From a virus, in the IMG/VR virus record IMGVR_UViG_3300009182_000050, positions 8,172 through 72,171 of that record: a stretch of DNA of 64,000 nucleotides; one strand, given 5' to 3'. Below the pieces are notes generated by a model, which was not told the origin of the DNA, searched no databases, and saw only the letters and a list, made by a program, of their open reading frames with translations. Position numbers and translations under genes: made by a program. How positions within the stretch are numbered: the first letter of the stretch is position 1; the number at the start of each line of letters is the position of its first letter. Shown here piece by piece: positions 29,758 to 40,424 of this stretch.

Positions 29758-29993
29758 TCTTCTAGTAAAGTCTCGTATATGTCCTTGCACTCTGGACAAG
29801 TCTGATAGTTTTCTGGATTGCGAGATGGAACCCAAATCTTTCCACAAAGAGCCATAATAGGAGTTCCGTTGATTAGTGCTTCAGTAATCTCATCTTTAGG
29901 AGCGTAGTGAGCAAACATATCGTGGTCACCATTATCGGTGTTGATATGAGTTTCTGTATCTAATTGGATACCTGAACCAAGTAAGGGTTTCAA
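29754..29993 (-). CDS. DUF3039 actinobacterial zinc-binding protein
   Basis: GDHDMFAHY...ALCGKIWVPSR...CPECKDIY. Confidence 0.9.
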   Translation of the reverse strand: MKPLLGSGIQLDTETHINTDNGDHDMFAHYAPKDEITEALINGTPIMALCGKIWVPSRNPENYQTCPECKDIYETLLED

Positions 29994-30661
29994 AAGTTAT
30001 GTCCTAACACTATTGGAATATGTTGATAAGAAAATCTCTTACACATATCTTCATAAATAATACCATCTGCTTCTTCTTTAGTAGAATACCAGAATCCAAC
30101 TTCTTTCCAGATATCTTTATGAGCCACTAGTTGCATTGCATCAATGCCCCCACCTGCAGCAGTACCTCCACGGATTGGAGGGTTACCTGTCCAAGGACTA
30201 TCCATAGCGTAAATTGGTTGACTGAGAGGCCATATCTTCCAATGATAAATTTGAAAGATTATTATATTCTTTTCAAACTCATCTATGGCATCACTAATTA
30301 TTTGAAAAGCTTCAGGTAAAAATTCGTTATCTATATTGTGTTGAATATAGTAGTCACCAAGATTATTTTCATATGCATAACGCATAGCGTAATCAGAAGA
30401 TGTATGTCCCCAAACTCCGTGATGCTCTGGAGTATTTATAATATAAGGTTCTATACCTAGTTCTTTGAAGTCAATGCCTTCTTCTTCATAAGTCTTTTCT
30501 TTTGGACCGTCATGGCAGATAACAACATTAAAATCTTTGAAAGTTTGATTACCTAAAGAAGCAAGACCTCTACGGATACTTGTAGAAGTTATCTCATTTG
30601 AATTATGTTCTCTAGGGACATGATATTCATAGTCTTTAGAAATCACACAAAAGCGAGTCAC
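29990..30661 (-). CDS. Glycosyltransferase family 2-like protein
   Basis: SLGNQTFKDFNVVICHDG, NIDN, IDAMQ, ADG. Confidence 0.7.
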   Translation of the reverse strand: MTRFCVISKDYEYHVPREHNSNEITSTSIRRGLASLGNQTFKDFNVVICHDGPKEKTYEEEGIDFKELGIEPYIINTPEHHGVWGHTSSDYAMRYAYENNLGDYYIQHNIDNEFLPEAFQIISDAIDEFEKNIIIFQIYHWKIWPLSQPIYAMDSPWTGNPPIRGGTAAGGGIDAMQLVAHKDIWKEVGFWYSTKEEADGIIYEDMCKRFSYQHIPIVLGHNF

Positions 30662-30852
30662 TAGACTCCAAACTCTTTTCTTCGTTCATTAGCGTAGAAC
30701 CCACCAGCACGGAAAGTAACTGGAGTAGATTCAAAAACGCGCTTAAGTTCCGCGTCACACTCTGGGCACTTAAAAACCTGCTGGTCTTCGTGAATTGAAC
30801 GAACCTCTATATAGGTATGTCCGTTCTCACAGATGAATTCATAACTAGGCAT
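30661..30852 (-). CDS. FmdB-family zinc ribbon protein
   Basis: MPSYEFICENGH...CPEC...F-x-x-GGFY; ATG at 30852. Confidence 0.85.
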   Translation of the reverse strand: MPSYEFICENGHTYIEVRSIHEDQQVFKCPECDAELKRVFESTPVTFRAGGFYANERRKEFGV

Positions 30853-31696
30853 CAAGATTCTCCTCTGCTTTTGCTTTCTCAATCTCTTCGTCAATATCGC
30901 CATAATCAACAAAGCAGTTACATCCACCAATATCAAACTCGTCAACAGTCGCTGGATTCTCTTGATTACGAATACGAAGTTCCTCAAGAGATAAATTCTT
31001 TTTAACACCCTTGACTTGTTCTTTTAATATAGTCACATCTTTACCCAAGAACTCTTGAATCTCTTTTTCTTTTGCTTCCCATACTGCGTAACGCTCTGGC
31101 ATAATCTGCAAAAGTTGTTTGAACTGACCTTGACCTGCACGCACGCAACCACCACCGCAATTGTTGTGTGAAAACCCTAAGTCATACAAGCGAGGAGTTT
31201 CAATACCTTCACTTTGGGCCCACTCAATTAATTGCTTCTTGTCAAGAAAAGGAGCATCAGTCAACGGTGCTTTTGCTGTGTAAGGAAGATAGTTATTGAC
31301 AATAGCCGGTAGACGGTGAGTCTCTGACCAGTCAATACCTACATAAACAATAGTTTCCTCTGGTGGACAATTCTCCACAAGCCATTTACGCGCTGGCTTC
31401 TGCTTCAACTCGTGAGAGCACGAAGCTAAACGAGAGTTCCCAAGGAAACGCTTATCCTTGAAAACTTGCCAGATGTCACGACCATCACGGAGTATTACAA
31501 GAGTTCCGCCAACATTCTTGGCAGCATCTTCAATGAAACGATAAGTATCCTCATCTTCGCCAACATGAGGGTCGTCAGTAAAACCCTTGACATCGCTAAA
31601 TAGTAGATACAAATCTTTAGTCCCATACTGCTCAGCAACTCGCTTGGCACAAGCCCAAGAGCCAATACCACCGCTAAACATAACGACGTGTTTCAT
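30845..31696 (-). CDS. PAPS reductase-like (PP-loop) protein
   Basis: VVMFSGGIGS, CSHELK, YVGID...E...R, GFSHNNCGGGCVRAG, GGCNCF. Confidence 0.8.
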   Translation of the reverse strand: MKHVVMFSGGIGSWACAKRVAEQYGTKDLYLLFSDVKGFTDDPHVGEDEDTYRFIEDAAKNVGGTLVILRDGRDIWQVFKDKRFLGNSRLASCSHELKQKPARKWLVENCPPEETIVYVGIDWSETHRLPAIVNNYLPYTAKAPLTDAPFLDKKQLIEWAQSEGIETPRLYDLGFSHNNCGGGCVRAGQGQFKQLLQIMPERYAVWEAKEKEIQEFLGKDVTILKEQVKGVKKNLSLEELRIRNQENPATVDEFDIGGCNCFVDYGDIDEEIEKAKAEENLDA

Positions 31697-31706
31697 TGTT
31701 TGTCCT

Positions 31707-33767
31707 TTATTTGTCTTTTGTATTCTCAGTGATTAGTTTAATCTCACAAGCGTCAGTTGTGCAATACGCCTCACCAATAGCATCGGCTGCCATACCTGCA
31801 TAAACACCTGAGAAATCAATTGGGAACAACTTAAGTTCGCCCTCTTCACGGTACTCATCTTCGGTAATCTGCGTGTAAGGCATCTGAGGATAAGTGAAGT
31901 TGCCAGACGGTAGAAATGAGACCGTCTTCAACTGACCGTCATACATATGAAGAACAGTACCAACGTGCTCTGCTTCAGTCTCTGGGTCAAATGAGATTGT
32001 CACGGATACAGAGTTGTCTGACCAATAACGCTGTGCAGTCGCTGCAAGTGACATCTTCTCAAAGATTGTTACATCGCGTTCTGCACGCTCTGCATCAGAC
32101 TTGATTGGGAAGAATACTACTGAGGTAGTATCTGGAGATTCACTGGCTGGTTCAACTCGGTAGTTCGCCATTTTGAAAAGTGGGAGCATAGGGTCAGAAT
32201 TTGCAAAGCGTATTGCTCGGTTGAAGAACTTTCCACCTGGTGTCCAATGAACGCCGGGCGATTCACCAGCAAGGATTGATACTGTTCCTGAAGGCTTAAC
32301 GGTTGTTGTCTTGATTGATTCACGAATACCTAACCACTCTGAGTAAGTACTGTCGTATGACTGAACTGTATTGTATCCGGCATCCATCCACTCACGAAGA
32401 ATTGGAAGACCATTAATGTCAGCAAAATTTGCTACGCCAGACATAGAAGTTCCGATGCGACGGTTGCGTTGCATAATTGCGTTTGTTTGTTCCCAGTGGG
32501 TTGGAAGAAGAGTTACAGTCTTAGCGTAGAGATAAGCAAACTTTAGAGTGCGCTTGTAGTCTTCAACACTCTCGTGACGATTGAGATAAGTCTCAACCAG
32601 TGTGCACATTTCGTAAGACTCTAGTGACTGCTCAGCACAAGGGTTGTATCCCATAATGCGATGGTCTTTGTTATTCTCTGGGTCAGCAAGACGACCATAC
32701 TTCTTAGAGATATCCATCCAGATAACGCCCGGCTCACCGTTGCGAGCAATACCATCAACAATGTTTGACAAGTCCTTGCCAACTTCAACAGCAACAGAAT
32801 TGTTTGACATCCAACCCCAGCCCGGAGCCTCTGCATCATATGAGTTGCGCTCAGGGAATACTTCAGCGTTCTTCAGGTTAAGGAAGTCTGGGTCATCAAT
32901 AGAACCAATTAAGAGTTCTGCAGAGCGACGAACATTTCCAGATACGACACATACACCAATGAGATTACCAATATCAGCAATATCCCTTTTCGTAACAAGT
33001 TCACCAGCACGCCCCTTGAATAGTTTGCGAATGTAATTATGTAGACGCTCAAGTGGAGCGTGACCTGCAGCCGTTCCACCAAAGGTAGCAATAGGTTCAC
33101 CCTCTGGACGAATCGCTGAGTAATCAAATTCGTAAGTTGATTGCTCTGACTTTAGGTAAGAGTTAATAAGTGCAACGGTTGATTCAACCCAACCCTCACG
33201 AGTATCTGGGATAGCAAAAACTTCTACATCAGCCTTAGGTGCGTAGATAGTGAATTCCTTTTCAGCACCTTTATCATCAAAGCCCACACCAACACCAAGC
33301 ATTGACGCTTCCATCAAGAAAGCAAATGGGGCCGCTGGATTGTTCTTGTTCATCTCAAGTGTAGAAACAAAAGCACAGTTCTGAAGAGCAGCTGAGTTCT
33401 TTTGAACATTGACAATAGGAGTTCCCATAACCCAGAGTCCACGACCGGGAGGAGTCCACTTCAGATTGAACAGACGGTCAAATGCTTCCTTAGCAGAAGC
33501 GGAAGCCTTAGCATCAGACCACGGAAGACGGTTTGTCTTGCAGTGCTCTTTCTGAAGTGAGTACATACCATTGATGACTCGCTCACAAACATCTACCCAA
33601 GTTTCTTTAGTTCCATCTTCCTTCTTGCGTGAGTAAGTACGCAGGAAAGTAATCTCACCTACAGAGTTTCCAGCAGCGTCACGATAACCAAACGGTGCTT
33701 TCTTATCCTTGTAGGAAGCAACAAATTCTTCGTTGAGACGGAAAGCAAACTGGACAGAAGTAGACAT
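31707..33767 (-). CDS. nrdJ: Class II (AdoCbl-dependent) ribonucleotide reductase, monomeric type
   Basis: PPGRGLW, LQNCAF, GNVRRSA, GEPG, NPCAEQ, TTVKPSGT, C-terminal YCTTDAC. Confidence 0.93.
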   Translation of the reverse strand: MSTSVQFAFRLNEEFVASYKDKKAPFGYRDAAGNSVGEITFLRTYSRKKEDGTKETWVDVCERVINGMYSLQKEHCKTNRLPWSDAKASASAKEAFDRLFNLKWTPPGRGLWVMGTPIVNVQKNSAALQNCAFVSTLEMNKNNPAAPFAFLMEASMLGVGVGFDDKGAEKEFTIYAPKADVEVFAIPDTREGWVESTVALINSYLKSEQSTYEFDYSAIRPEGEPIATFGGTAAGHAPLERLHNYIRKLFKGRAGELVTKRDIADIGNLIGVCVVSGNVRRSAELLIGSIDDPDFLNLKNAEVFPERNSYDAEAPGWGWMSNNSVAVEVGKDLSNIVDGIARNGEPGVIWMDISKKYGRLADPENNKDHRIMGYNPCAEQSLESYEMCTLVETYLNRHESVEDYKRTLKFAYLYAKTVTLLPTHWEQTNAIMQRNRRIGTSMSGVANFADINGLPILREWMDAGYNTVQSYDSTYSEWLGIRESIKTTTVKPSGTVSILAGESPGVHWTPGGKFFNRAIRFANSDPMLPLFKMANYRVEPASESPDTTSVVFFPIKSDAERAERDVTIFEKMSLAATAQRYWSDNSVSVTISFDPETEAEHVGTVLHMYDGQLKTVSFLPSGNFTYPQMPYTQITEDEYREEGELKLFPIDFSGVYAGMAADAIGEAYCTTDACEIKLITENTKDK

Positions 33768-34223
33768 AAATTAATCCCTAAAAGTTGATTGGTATTTAGA
33801 ACAGAACTCAAATACTAGCACTTCATACCTTAGGGGTATTTGATTGGAGTAGCAAGTACTACTTTACTTTTTATATTTTTGTCCATAAAACTAAGAACTA
33901 ACAACATCAGTATTTGCTTAGGTACTTAAAACAAACTGTTCTAATTTATTAAGCATATTTTCTTTGTAGCAAATACTGTCTAACTTACTGAGAATCTCTA
34001 ACACTTTTTCGCAAGTAAATACGTTCCTTATCTATGCGTTCAATCTCTGCAAGAATGACATCTTTATCTAAACCAGTGTCGCGAATAATCTCTTTCAAAA
34101 AACTATCTTGAAGACTGTGAACTATGCTCGCATAAAATCCAACAGACATATAGCTTTGCAAAGAAAGATAAGCGTGGACAATACCTAAAGAATATTCGTT
34201 AAGGATTTCACTAGACATAGATA

Positions 34224-34649
34224 CTAAAAATCTCCTGGCTGAACTTGAAGACACTTCAAGCCAATCTCTCGCCACATATCTACAACTTGATTACGGTCAT
34301 CAAAAACACAAAGCACATCATAAAGAGGTTCAATAAAGCGTTCATAAATCTCACGCTTAACAATTGAATCTTCACGAAAATCTTTAGAGCCTCGCATAAA
34401 AAGTTTTACATAAGGAGGACAGTGAAGACGAAGCCACTCGCTGGTGACATCTTGCGAATCATCATTGCGACCGGACACAATGAGAATCTTGTAGCCCTGA
34501 AGCCATAAACATTTAATAACTTCAATCACTGCTGTATCTGCTGCATCTGTATGAGCCTTCTCATACTCAAACCAGTCACGGTCTACGCGGTGAGCAACCG
34601 TGCCATCAATATCAACAATGATTGCTTTTTCTCTCTTCACGATTCCCAC
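34224..34649 (-). CDS. HAD-family polynucleotide 3'-phosphatase (PseT C-terminal-like)
   Basis: VDIDGTVA, VSGR, LFMR...D.REDSIVK, FDDRNQVVDMWR. Confidence 0.88.
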   Translation of the reverse strand: MGIVKREKAIIVDIDGTVAHRVDRDWFEYEKAHTDAADTAVIEVIKCLWLQGYKILIVSGRNDDSQDVTSEWLRLHCPPYVKLFMRGSKDFREDSIVKREIYERFIEPLYDVLCVFDDRNQVVDMWREIGLKCLQVQPGDF

Positions 34650-34734
34650 TCACATTTCTTACAGCCATCGCCATACGCTTTGTTATGTTCACAATACCAA
34701 AGTGGTTCATCGTCTAAAACTTCAGTGCTCATCT

Positions 34735-35151
34735 TTATTCTCCTGATGCGTAACTAAACCAAGCGTCAATAAACTCTTGGAAAGTTCTACCTTTAATATC
34801 TTGCGTAGGACCTGACTCAGTTAAAAGTTCGTAGTAGTAAACCTGCCTTGTGCTGGTGTCACCATAACCAAGAATAACCGTAAAGTCTTCCTTACAGCCT
34901 AAAGCTGCTAGTGCTTTCATCTGACCGGATAGACGATTAACTTTTGGAACATCTCCCTGACCATCCCAGTGCTTCATCTCCACAACAAGAAAATGACTCC
35001 TACGCTCAGCAAAGAAAGGAGTGAACCCATCCATATCTGACATAGTGCATTTGTTGCCCCAGTTCTCAGTGAAGCCCCACTCATCCCATAACCAGGTGTT
35101 ACGAAGATGAGCGTTCATATCTCGCATATAGTGTGTATCGTCATTTGTCAT
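34735..35151 (-). CDS. Hypothetical PD-(D/E)XK-like protein
   Basis: SDMDG...LVVEMK...GQ pattern. Confidence 0.5.
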   Translation of the reverse strand: MTNDDTHYMRDMNAHLRNTWLWDEWGFTENWGNKCTMSDMDGFTPFFAERRSHFLVVEMKHWDGQGDVPKVNRLSGQMKALAALGCKEDFTVILGYGDTSTRQVYYYELLTESGPTQDIKGRTFQEFIDAWFSYASGE

Positions 35152-35371
35152 TTGTTTTTATCTTTCTTCTCCACTGTCTAAATGATTTAATATAAACAAT
35201 TGAATATGCAACTGCCATAAAAATAAAACCATACTGCTTGGTCACTATTGAATAGACAATCCAGATGCACTCATTTACTAAGAGGACAAGCCAACCCCAA
35301 ACGGTCTGTCTACCGACAAAAAAGATTCCAGTTACACCAATGATGCCTAGTACATAAGACCAATATGTCAT
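35141..35371 (-). CDS. Short PnuC-like membrane protein
   Basis: Three hydrophobic segments, WGWLV...WIVY...QYGF. Confidence 0.6.
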   Translation of the reverse strand: MTYWSYVLGIIGVTGIFFVGRQTVWGWLVLLVNECIWIVYSIVTKQYGFIFMAVAYSIVYIKSFRQWRRKIKTNDK

Positions 35372-35602
35372 TGCTTTTTCTTTTTATTATTTAAGTAGTT
35401 AACTAGATTCACAATAGAATTCAATGCAACAAAAAATAAAATAAGTACCTCTGTGACGGTTGATGCTAGTTTCATTTTTTATCCTTCTTATTTTTGTGTT
35501 CTCTATAGTCTTCCCAAACCATAATAGTCATAGAGATAAACAAGCAAGCATAAGCAATCGCTAAACCTGCACAGATAATCCCGCCAAGAATATTGTCCCA
35601 AG

Positions 35603-36771
35603 TCATCTTGGAAAATTCTTTAACGCGTTTTCGTTGACTTCTGCCCACCACTTTTTAATAGCTTTTCTTGTTCTCCAGTTAGAGATAAAAGATTTCATCC
35701 AGTTAGATTCCCATCTGTCATACTGCTCTTGATTCATTGAGTCTGCTTGCTTCTGTCCAAGAGGACAACTTCTACACCGAATTGCGTAAGCCTTACCGTG
35801 AATACAAAACCAAAGTTCTGGGTCTTTAATCATCAGTCACCAAAATCAAACTGTAAAGTTTCAGGAATATCTAAAGTTTCCTCTATATAGATACCATCTA
35901 CAATCTTTCGGGTATCACAAGGAAACTGAGCATTGTGTTCAGGATTCTTGGGGTCACGACAAATAATGCACCAATCATAAAACTGCTGATGCATCTCTCG
36001 GATTTTTTGAATAATCTCTTCATTCTTTTGAGCTTTGTAAATATCAAGCCACTTCTTTGTATAGTCTGGAGGCAGAGTCATTTTTTATCCTTACCCCTAC
36101 TTTTTTGTTTATCTTCAACAAATCTAGTACAACTACAATCAAAACAGTTTGCCATCATTAAAAGATGTTGAGATTCCGGATGGCCGCAGTCGCAGGGTAG
36201 GTCTGGAAGTTTTGAGTTAGAAGTTTTACGCTTCACTAGATTCCTCTTCTAGTAAAAAGTCAGTCCACTCTGGGATATAACTTTCAATCAATATTCCTAG
36301 TTCATTACAATTGTCGTGCTTGGTGCAAGAGTTTAAGTCAATAACTTTATCTAGTATGTTTCCAACAATTCGTTCTCTAATCTCATTGTTGGTCATTGCT
36401 CATCGTCTAACGCTTCAATAGTTGGGCACGGATAAATGTGGTCACATCCTACACAGTCACCTGTGTCTGGGTATTCGTAATGCAACTCACGCACTCGCTC
36501 AATGGCTTCAGTCTTTTGCTTGTTTAGTTCTATATAGTGAACAGCAGTTGCGTTCCAGTCAACTTCACCAACATCAATAGTTTCAATTTTTTTCGGTGTC
36601 GTCATTTAGAATCCTAGAAACTTCCTCTGCCGAAATAAGGTGCTGGTTAACTACAGGGTCACGCTCAATAGAACGCTTAACTAAATCCTTGAGACGCGCA
36701 ATGGTCTTTTCAAACTTATCAATCTGCTTGAGATAGTAAGTTTCGGTAGCGTACTTCTTTCTCTCAGTCAT
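35603..36771 (-). CDS. Cluster of short hypothetical proteins (35603-35833, 35833-36081, 36393-36605, 36583-36771)
   Basis: Overlapping co-oriented ORFs; two share R(E)LH...CxxC...(Y/F)PCxT motif. Confidence 0.55.
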
Positions 36772-37052
36772 ACTTGAACAGACCCTTCCTTCTCTATGAG
36801 TTCGCTTAGTTCTAATTCTAAGGACTTGTCCATACTAAAGGCTGTAGCAACAAGCAACTCTGAGACAGAGATGTTAAGAGCTCGACAAATGTTCTCCAGC
36901 AACTCTGAAGAAACTTCTTTAAGCCCTCGCTCAACTTCGCTGAGATAACCAAGAGACATAAAGGAATTCTTTGCAATCACGCGCATAGTGCGATTATTCT
37001 TATCTCGCTCTGCACGGATTGCCTGACCTAAAGCTTCTCTAAGTAATGTCAT
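36768..37052 (-). CDS. ClgR-like XRE transcriptional regulator
   Basis: LLREALG...R...SLGYLSEVERGLKEVSSELL..IC.AL matches actinobacterial ClgR pattern. Confidence 0.8.
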   Translation of the reverse strand: MTLLREALGQAIRAERDKNNRTMRVIAKNSFMSLGYLSEVERGLKEVSSELLENICRALNISVSELLVATAFSMDKSLELELSELIEKEGSVQV

Positions 37053-37270
37053 TGTGTAGGTGGTTCCTGTCTAGTTCGGTAAATATCTGTTAGAGAATCA
37101 ACAACTGCGTAAGTTGCTTCAAAAAAATCTGCTGTTGTGACTGCCAAATCAGATGGGTGATGCTTCTGAGATTTATCATTCTTGTATCGCTGTCTAAAGA
37201 AAGCCTCGTGTGCTTTGTTCACAAAAGAAATGTACTCATCAATTGTCATATAAACATCTGGTTTTCTCAT
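37049..37270 (-). CDS. Hypothetical protein
   Basis: Overlaps ClgR-like start. Confidence 0.5.
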   Translation of the reverse strand: MRKPDVYMTIDEYISFVNKAHEAFFRQRYKNDKSQKHHPSDLAVTTADFFEATYAVVDSLTDIYRTRQEPPTQ

Positions 37271-37283
37271 ATCTGTATGTTAG

Positions 37284-38099
37284 ATGATTGTGTCGTTGCT
37301 TGCAAGTATCGGGGTGGGGTATTGTTTGAATATGAATGAAATTAATAAAAATGAAACAGTTTGTGTGTCTTGGTGTCACCACGGTCAAGTGGATGCCTTC
37401 TTTGCTCACTCTATGATAGACCTTATCCGGACAAGAAGTGAGAAGATTAAAAACTTCCACGATATTCTAGGAACTGGTCTTCTAGCCAAAAGTCGTAATA
37501 TCTTGGTTAACTCTTTTTTGGAGAATACGGAAGATGACTGGCTGCTTCTTGTGGACTCTGATGAATATATAACGGTAGATGCTTTTGACAAGCTTATGTC
37601 AGTGGCAGATAAAGATAAGTATCGTATTATATCAGGTTTGTGTTTTTCTGCAAGTCCTGCTACGGATGGGGCTTTGATGCCAACTCCTACGCCAACAATT
37701 TATATTATAGATGAAGAGCAGGGATTCCTGGTTCCATATCTGGACTACCCTAAAAATAGCCTTGTGGAGATTGATTCAGCAGGAACAGGCTGTTTGCTTA
37801 TACATCGCAGTGTTTTAGAGGAAATGCGGAAAGAATATAGCGGTGCAACTGGTGATAAGTGGTGCTGGTTCCAAGACGGTCCAGTTGAGGATAATGGTGT
37901 CGTGGAGTGGATATCTGAAGACCTTATGTTCTGCCGCAGGGTAAAAGGTATTGGAGTGAAGATTTTTGCCCATACAGGTGCACTTTTCCCACATCACAAG
38001 GACTTTTGGCTACTTGAGTCGCATTATGACAGTTGGTATGCAGATACTAAGGCTACCCTGCTTAATCGTAGAGAACGCAGAAAAAAGTCTAAATCTTGA
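37284..38099 (+). CDS. Glycosyltransferase family 2-like protein
   Basis: SRN...WLLLVDSD (DxD), AGTGCLLIHRSV, SEDLMFC. Confidence 0.8.
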   Translation: MIVSLLASIGVGYCLNMNEINKNETVCVSWCHHGQVDAFFAHSMIDLIRTRSEKIKNFHDILGTGLLAKSRNILVNSFLENTEDDWLLLVDSDEYITVDAFDKLMSVADKDKYRIISGLCFSASPATDGALMPTPTPTIYIIDEEQGFLVPYLDYPKNSLVEIDSAGTGCLLIHRSVLEEMRKEYSGATGDKWCWFQDGPVEDNGVVEWISEDLMFCRRVKGIGVKIFAHTGALFPHHKDFWLLESHYDSWYADTKATLLNRRERRKKSKS

Positions 38100-38182
38100 G
38101 TTTAACTAGTTAGTTATACTAGGGAAAAGATAATAATTCCCTGAAGACTGGCCGGCTGGAAACAGCTGGCTTTTCTTTTGCC

Positions 38183-38524
38183 TGTGGATAACTTTTTGGG
38201 GTTGGAGGATTTTGGGGGGTTATAGGGGGTAGATTGGGGGGTTGGAAATCAGTTTTCTGGGGTCAGAGGAGGGGGTGCTAGACGTGGTAGAAGAGGGGGT
38301 AAATTGAAAGATACTATCGGGAAAAATGTAGTTGCGATGAAAAAAATTGGATAGTAAGACTATAAAAACTATATATGCATATTGCATATACTACTTTATT
38401 TCTACTACGCGCGTACGCGCACGCGTATGGGGTACTGAAAAAGTTAGTTGGATATGCAATATGCATATATAGTTTATAGTTTGCTAAGGTATATAGTTTG
38501 TGCTAGGATGTTGGCTGTGGATAA
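38183..38524. promoter_or_regulatory. Putative replication origin: two DnaA boxes flanking a 24-bp inverted repeat
   Basis: TGTGGATAA at 38183 and 38516; perfect IR 38366-38389 / 38452-38475; central ACGCGCGTACGCGCACGCGT; G-run tract upstream. Confidence 0.55.
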
Positions 38525-38548
38525 CTTTAAGAAGAAAAGGTTGGAAGT

Positions 38549-38954
38549 ATGAGTGCGATGAAGCGTGAGCTTGAAGACAGGGCTGAACAATTACTTGGAT
38601 ATTTATTTCCGAAAGAGGAACGAGACAAGTGGACCTTGGAAGAACAGATGACTTGGGCTGGGTACGCACGAAGTGCAGCAGGAGAAATTATTGAAGCAGA
38701 AATTAAATCAGACAGAAAAAAGAAAGGACTCTAAATTGAATTTGGGATTGGAGTTGGTGCTATTGCTTGGAATCTTTTTAGCAGGTTTTGCTGGAAGTTT
38801 GCTCGCGATACTTGGATACACGAGTTACCAGAAAAGAAAGCAACTGAAAGTTGCAATGAATCTCTATAAAGAACTTAGAGAAAAGATAGATACCGAAATT
38901 AGTTTTGCTGAATTAGCAGAGCAACTACGAAAGGAAGGTTTTGGAAATGACTGA
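38549..38954 (+). CDS. Two short hypothetical proteins (38549-38734; membrane protein ending 38954)
   Basis: Consecutive ORFs; second has a hydrophobic helix. Confidence 0.5.
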
Positions 38955-39423
38955 AACTAATAACGCATCGCGTGATGCTTTAGCAGCACTTGGACTAACC
39001 GTTGAGGAAGTTCAAGAAGTTGATGGGACACTACGACAGCAAAAGTTTGGGACAGATAGACGAGTTTGTTTATGTGGACACGGAGCACCGAAGCATACGG
39101 AAGTTGCTGGGCGTTCAATGTGTAAACCATCACGATACGCCTGTCCTTGCAAGAACCTACGACCGGTACTAGAAGCCGAAGATGTAAGACCGTTTCTGTG
39201 CCGGACAGTCGGTGGTGGAGCGATGCACGCTTTGGTTCGTGGAATCAGTTCGCTCGCAGTTCGTGGAAAAAGTTCGCATTGGATTATTGAGTTGAAGTGC
39301 GATAGATGTCAGGGAACAGACGAAGTTGTCGTACCAGTTCCTGTAACCGAACACGGTAAAGCAACTACCTACGCAACTGGGTTTGATGCTCTGTTATGTC
39401 AGACTTGCCGAGAGGAAGTCTAA
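38947..39423 (+). CDS. Cys-rich hypothetical protein
   Basis: CLCGH, CPC, CDRC, CQTC; GGAAGG RBS. Confidence 0.65.
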   Translation: MTETNNASRDALAALGLTVEEVQEVDGTLRQQKFGTDRRVCLCGHGAPKHTEVAGRSMCKPSRYACPCKNLRPVLEAEDVRPFLCRTVGGGAMHALVRGISSLAVRGKSSHWIIELKCDRCQGTDEVVVPVPVTEHGKATTYATGFDALLCQTCREEV

Positions 39424-39883
39424 CAATGAGATGCATCATTTGTGATGCTATTGTCTACGATGAGTTTATGTTGATAGATGGAATGGATGACAAGCCAATC
39501 TGTCTCAACTGTGATGATGAAGAAACAATCTCACTTTGGAAGGAGGAAAGAAACTAATGTGGGAGTTTTTAGTTGGGCTGTCTATGGGAACAATTTTTGG
39601 ATTTCTTATCTACGCTTTAGTCAACTCTGATGAGTTAGATAAACTAGACCGTCCGTCCGACACGCGCAAAAAGTAATTTCTGGAAACAGTTTTTCAGCAA
39701 GTTTCTCTATAATAGTTTTGTTTTTTAAGAATCCTTTTCCTGCACGAAAAAAGAGATTTTTGTTTATGAAAGGCCGAAAAGGTACGCCTGTCTCTCCACG
39801 CGCCGTTTTTTCGTCCAAACTTTTTGGTAATATCCTTTGGTATATCGGAACTTCAGGTTCTGACTTGACAAAGGATAAAAAAT

Positions 39884-40264
39884 ATGTATGATACAAAATT
39901 CCTGACGGCCGTCGCTGAACGAGCTATCAAGACATTTGCACAGACTCTCTTAGCAACCATCGGAGCTGATTCTGCTGGCGTGCTAGATGCAACAACCGTA
40001 GATGCAGCCAAAGTTGCTGCAGGTGCGACCCTTCTCTCAATCTTGACCAGTTTCGCTTCTAGCGCAACCGGTCGCTCAGGTCCATCACTTGCCAGCGAAA
40101 CAACCGACCCGGATGTGGAATTTATTCTTCCAACTCCTGTAACGGCATCAACGGCCTCTAAGACCACAACCAATGCGGCCAGCACAAAGGCAACCGTAAA
40201 GGTTACTCCTGCTAAGAATCCAACGGCCAAGAAGAAGCCAGCGGCTAAGAAAACTGAGCAATAG
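39884..40264 (+). CDS. r1t-type holin
   Basis: AERAIKTFAQTLLA...ATLLSILTSFAS...GPSL. Confidence 0.85.
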   Translation: MYDTKFLTAVAERAIKTFAQTLLATIGADSAGVLDATTVDAAKVAAGATLLSILTSFASSATGRSGPSLASETTDPDVEFILPTPVTASTASKTTTNAASTKATVKVTPAKNPTAKKKPAAKKTEQ

Positions 40265-40424
40265 CAAGGAAAAAAATTCCAACGGGGTCGGATAGTTGAA
40301 TCTTCAGCTATCCGGCCTGGTTCTAGATAATATAACTTCCCATCTCCCTCCTGGCGGCTAGCTAGAAAACAACGGCCAGCTCTTACAGTGAGTGGGAAAA
40401 AAATTCCGAGAGGGGTAACGGCCA

